A stretch of 16,468 nucleotides of DNA. Source: Bacteriovoracia bacterium. Its GTDB lineage: Bacteria > Bdellovibrionota > Bacteriovoracia > Bacteriovoracales > Bacteriovoracaceae. The translations under genes were made by a program, and so were the position numbers. Shown in pieces: positions 16,360-16,468 of this stretch. The stretch lies in contig JBKHVI010000056.1 of the NCBI GenBank assembly GCA_046570105.1, forward strand, positions 1-16,468, read 5' to 3'. Numbering within the stretch: position 1 is the stretch's first letter; every line of letters begins with the position of its first letter. The notes under the pieces were generated by a model. That model was not told where the DNA came from. It saw only the letters and a list, made by a program, of their open reading frames with translations, and ran no database searches.

Positions 16360-16362
16360 GAG

Positions 16363-16468
16363 CTACTTATAGAAGAGCGTCGAGCGCTTGTGATCGAAGG
16401 GTTTGATCACCTCAAGACATAGAGCATGACGCTTTTCTTCGCAATAAGGTTTAAGCATTTTTTCGACC
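16363..16468 (-). CDS. Probable 3' end of a convergent gene
   Basis: Open minus frame from the window edge: VEKMLKPYCEEKRHALCLEVIKPFDHKRSTLFYK*. Confidence 0.35.
   Translation of the reverse strand, partial: VEKMLKPYCEEKRHALCLEVIKPFDHKRSTLFYK

Noticed and set aside
16371..16438. Imperfect inverted repeat after the metalloprotease gene as an ncRNA/terminator
   Set aside because: Pairing is interrupted and the region is an open minus-strand frame, probably a gene end.

Overview
Bacterial chromosomal window. The gene content and many secreted hydrolases suggest a Bdellovibrionota/Bacteriovoracaceae-like host (inference). Left part (1-6600) is mostly housekeeping: a partial N-formylglutamate amidohydrolase, inosine/guanosine kinase (gsk) coupled to an orphan PD-(D/E)XK-like nuclease, a degenerate ABC-ATPase-like protein, two tandem MnmA-family genes and small hypotheticals. 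The middle is a ~5 kb integrative element (6718-11704) inserted in the 3' end of tRNA-Leu(GAG) and bounded by 67/66-bp att repeats. It carries a Replic_Relax/MOBC-like protein, a 117-nt hairpin, an excisionase, a frameshifted tyrosine integrase, a truncated beta-barrel cargo gene and an RHH-antitoxin/Doc pair, with readable arm sites and a motif shared between the attR arm and the int/rep upstream regions. The right part holds accessory genes: GNAT, membrane and secreted proteins, a trypsin-like protease, BrnTA, a cNMP-binding protein and an HEXXH metalloprotease. All family calls come from motif recognition by eye; no searches were run.
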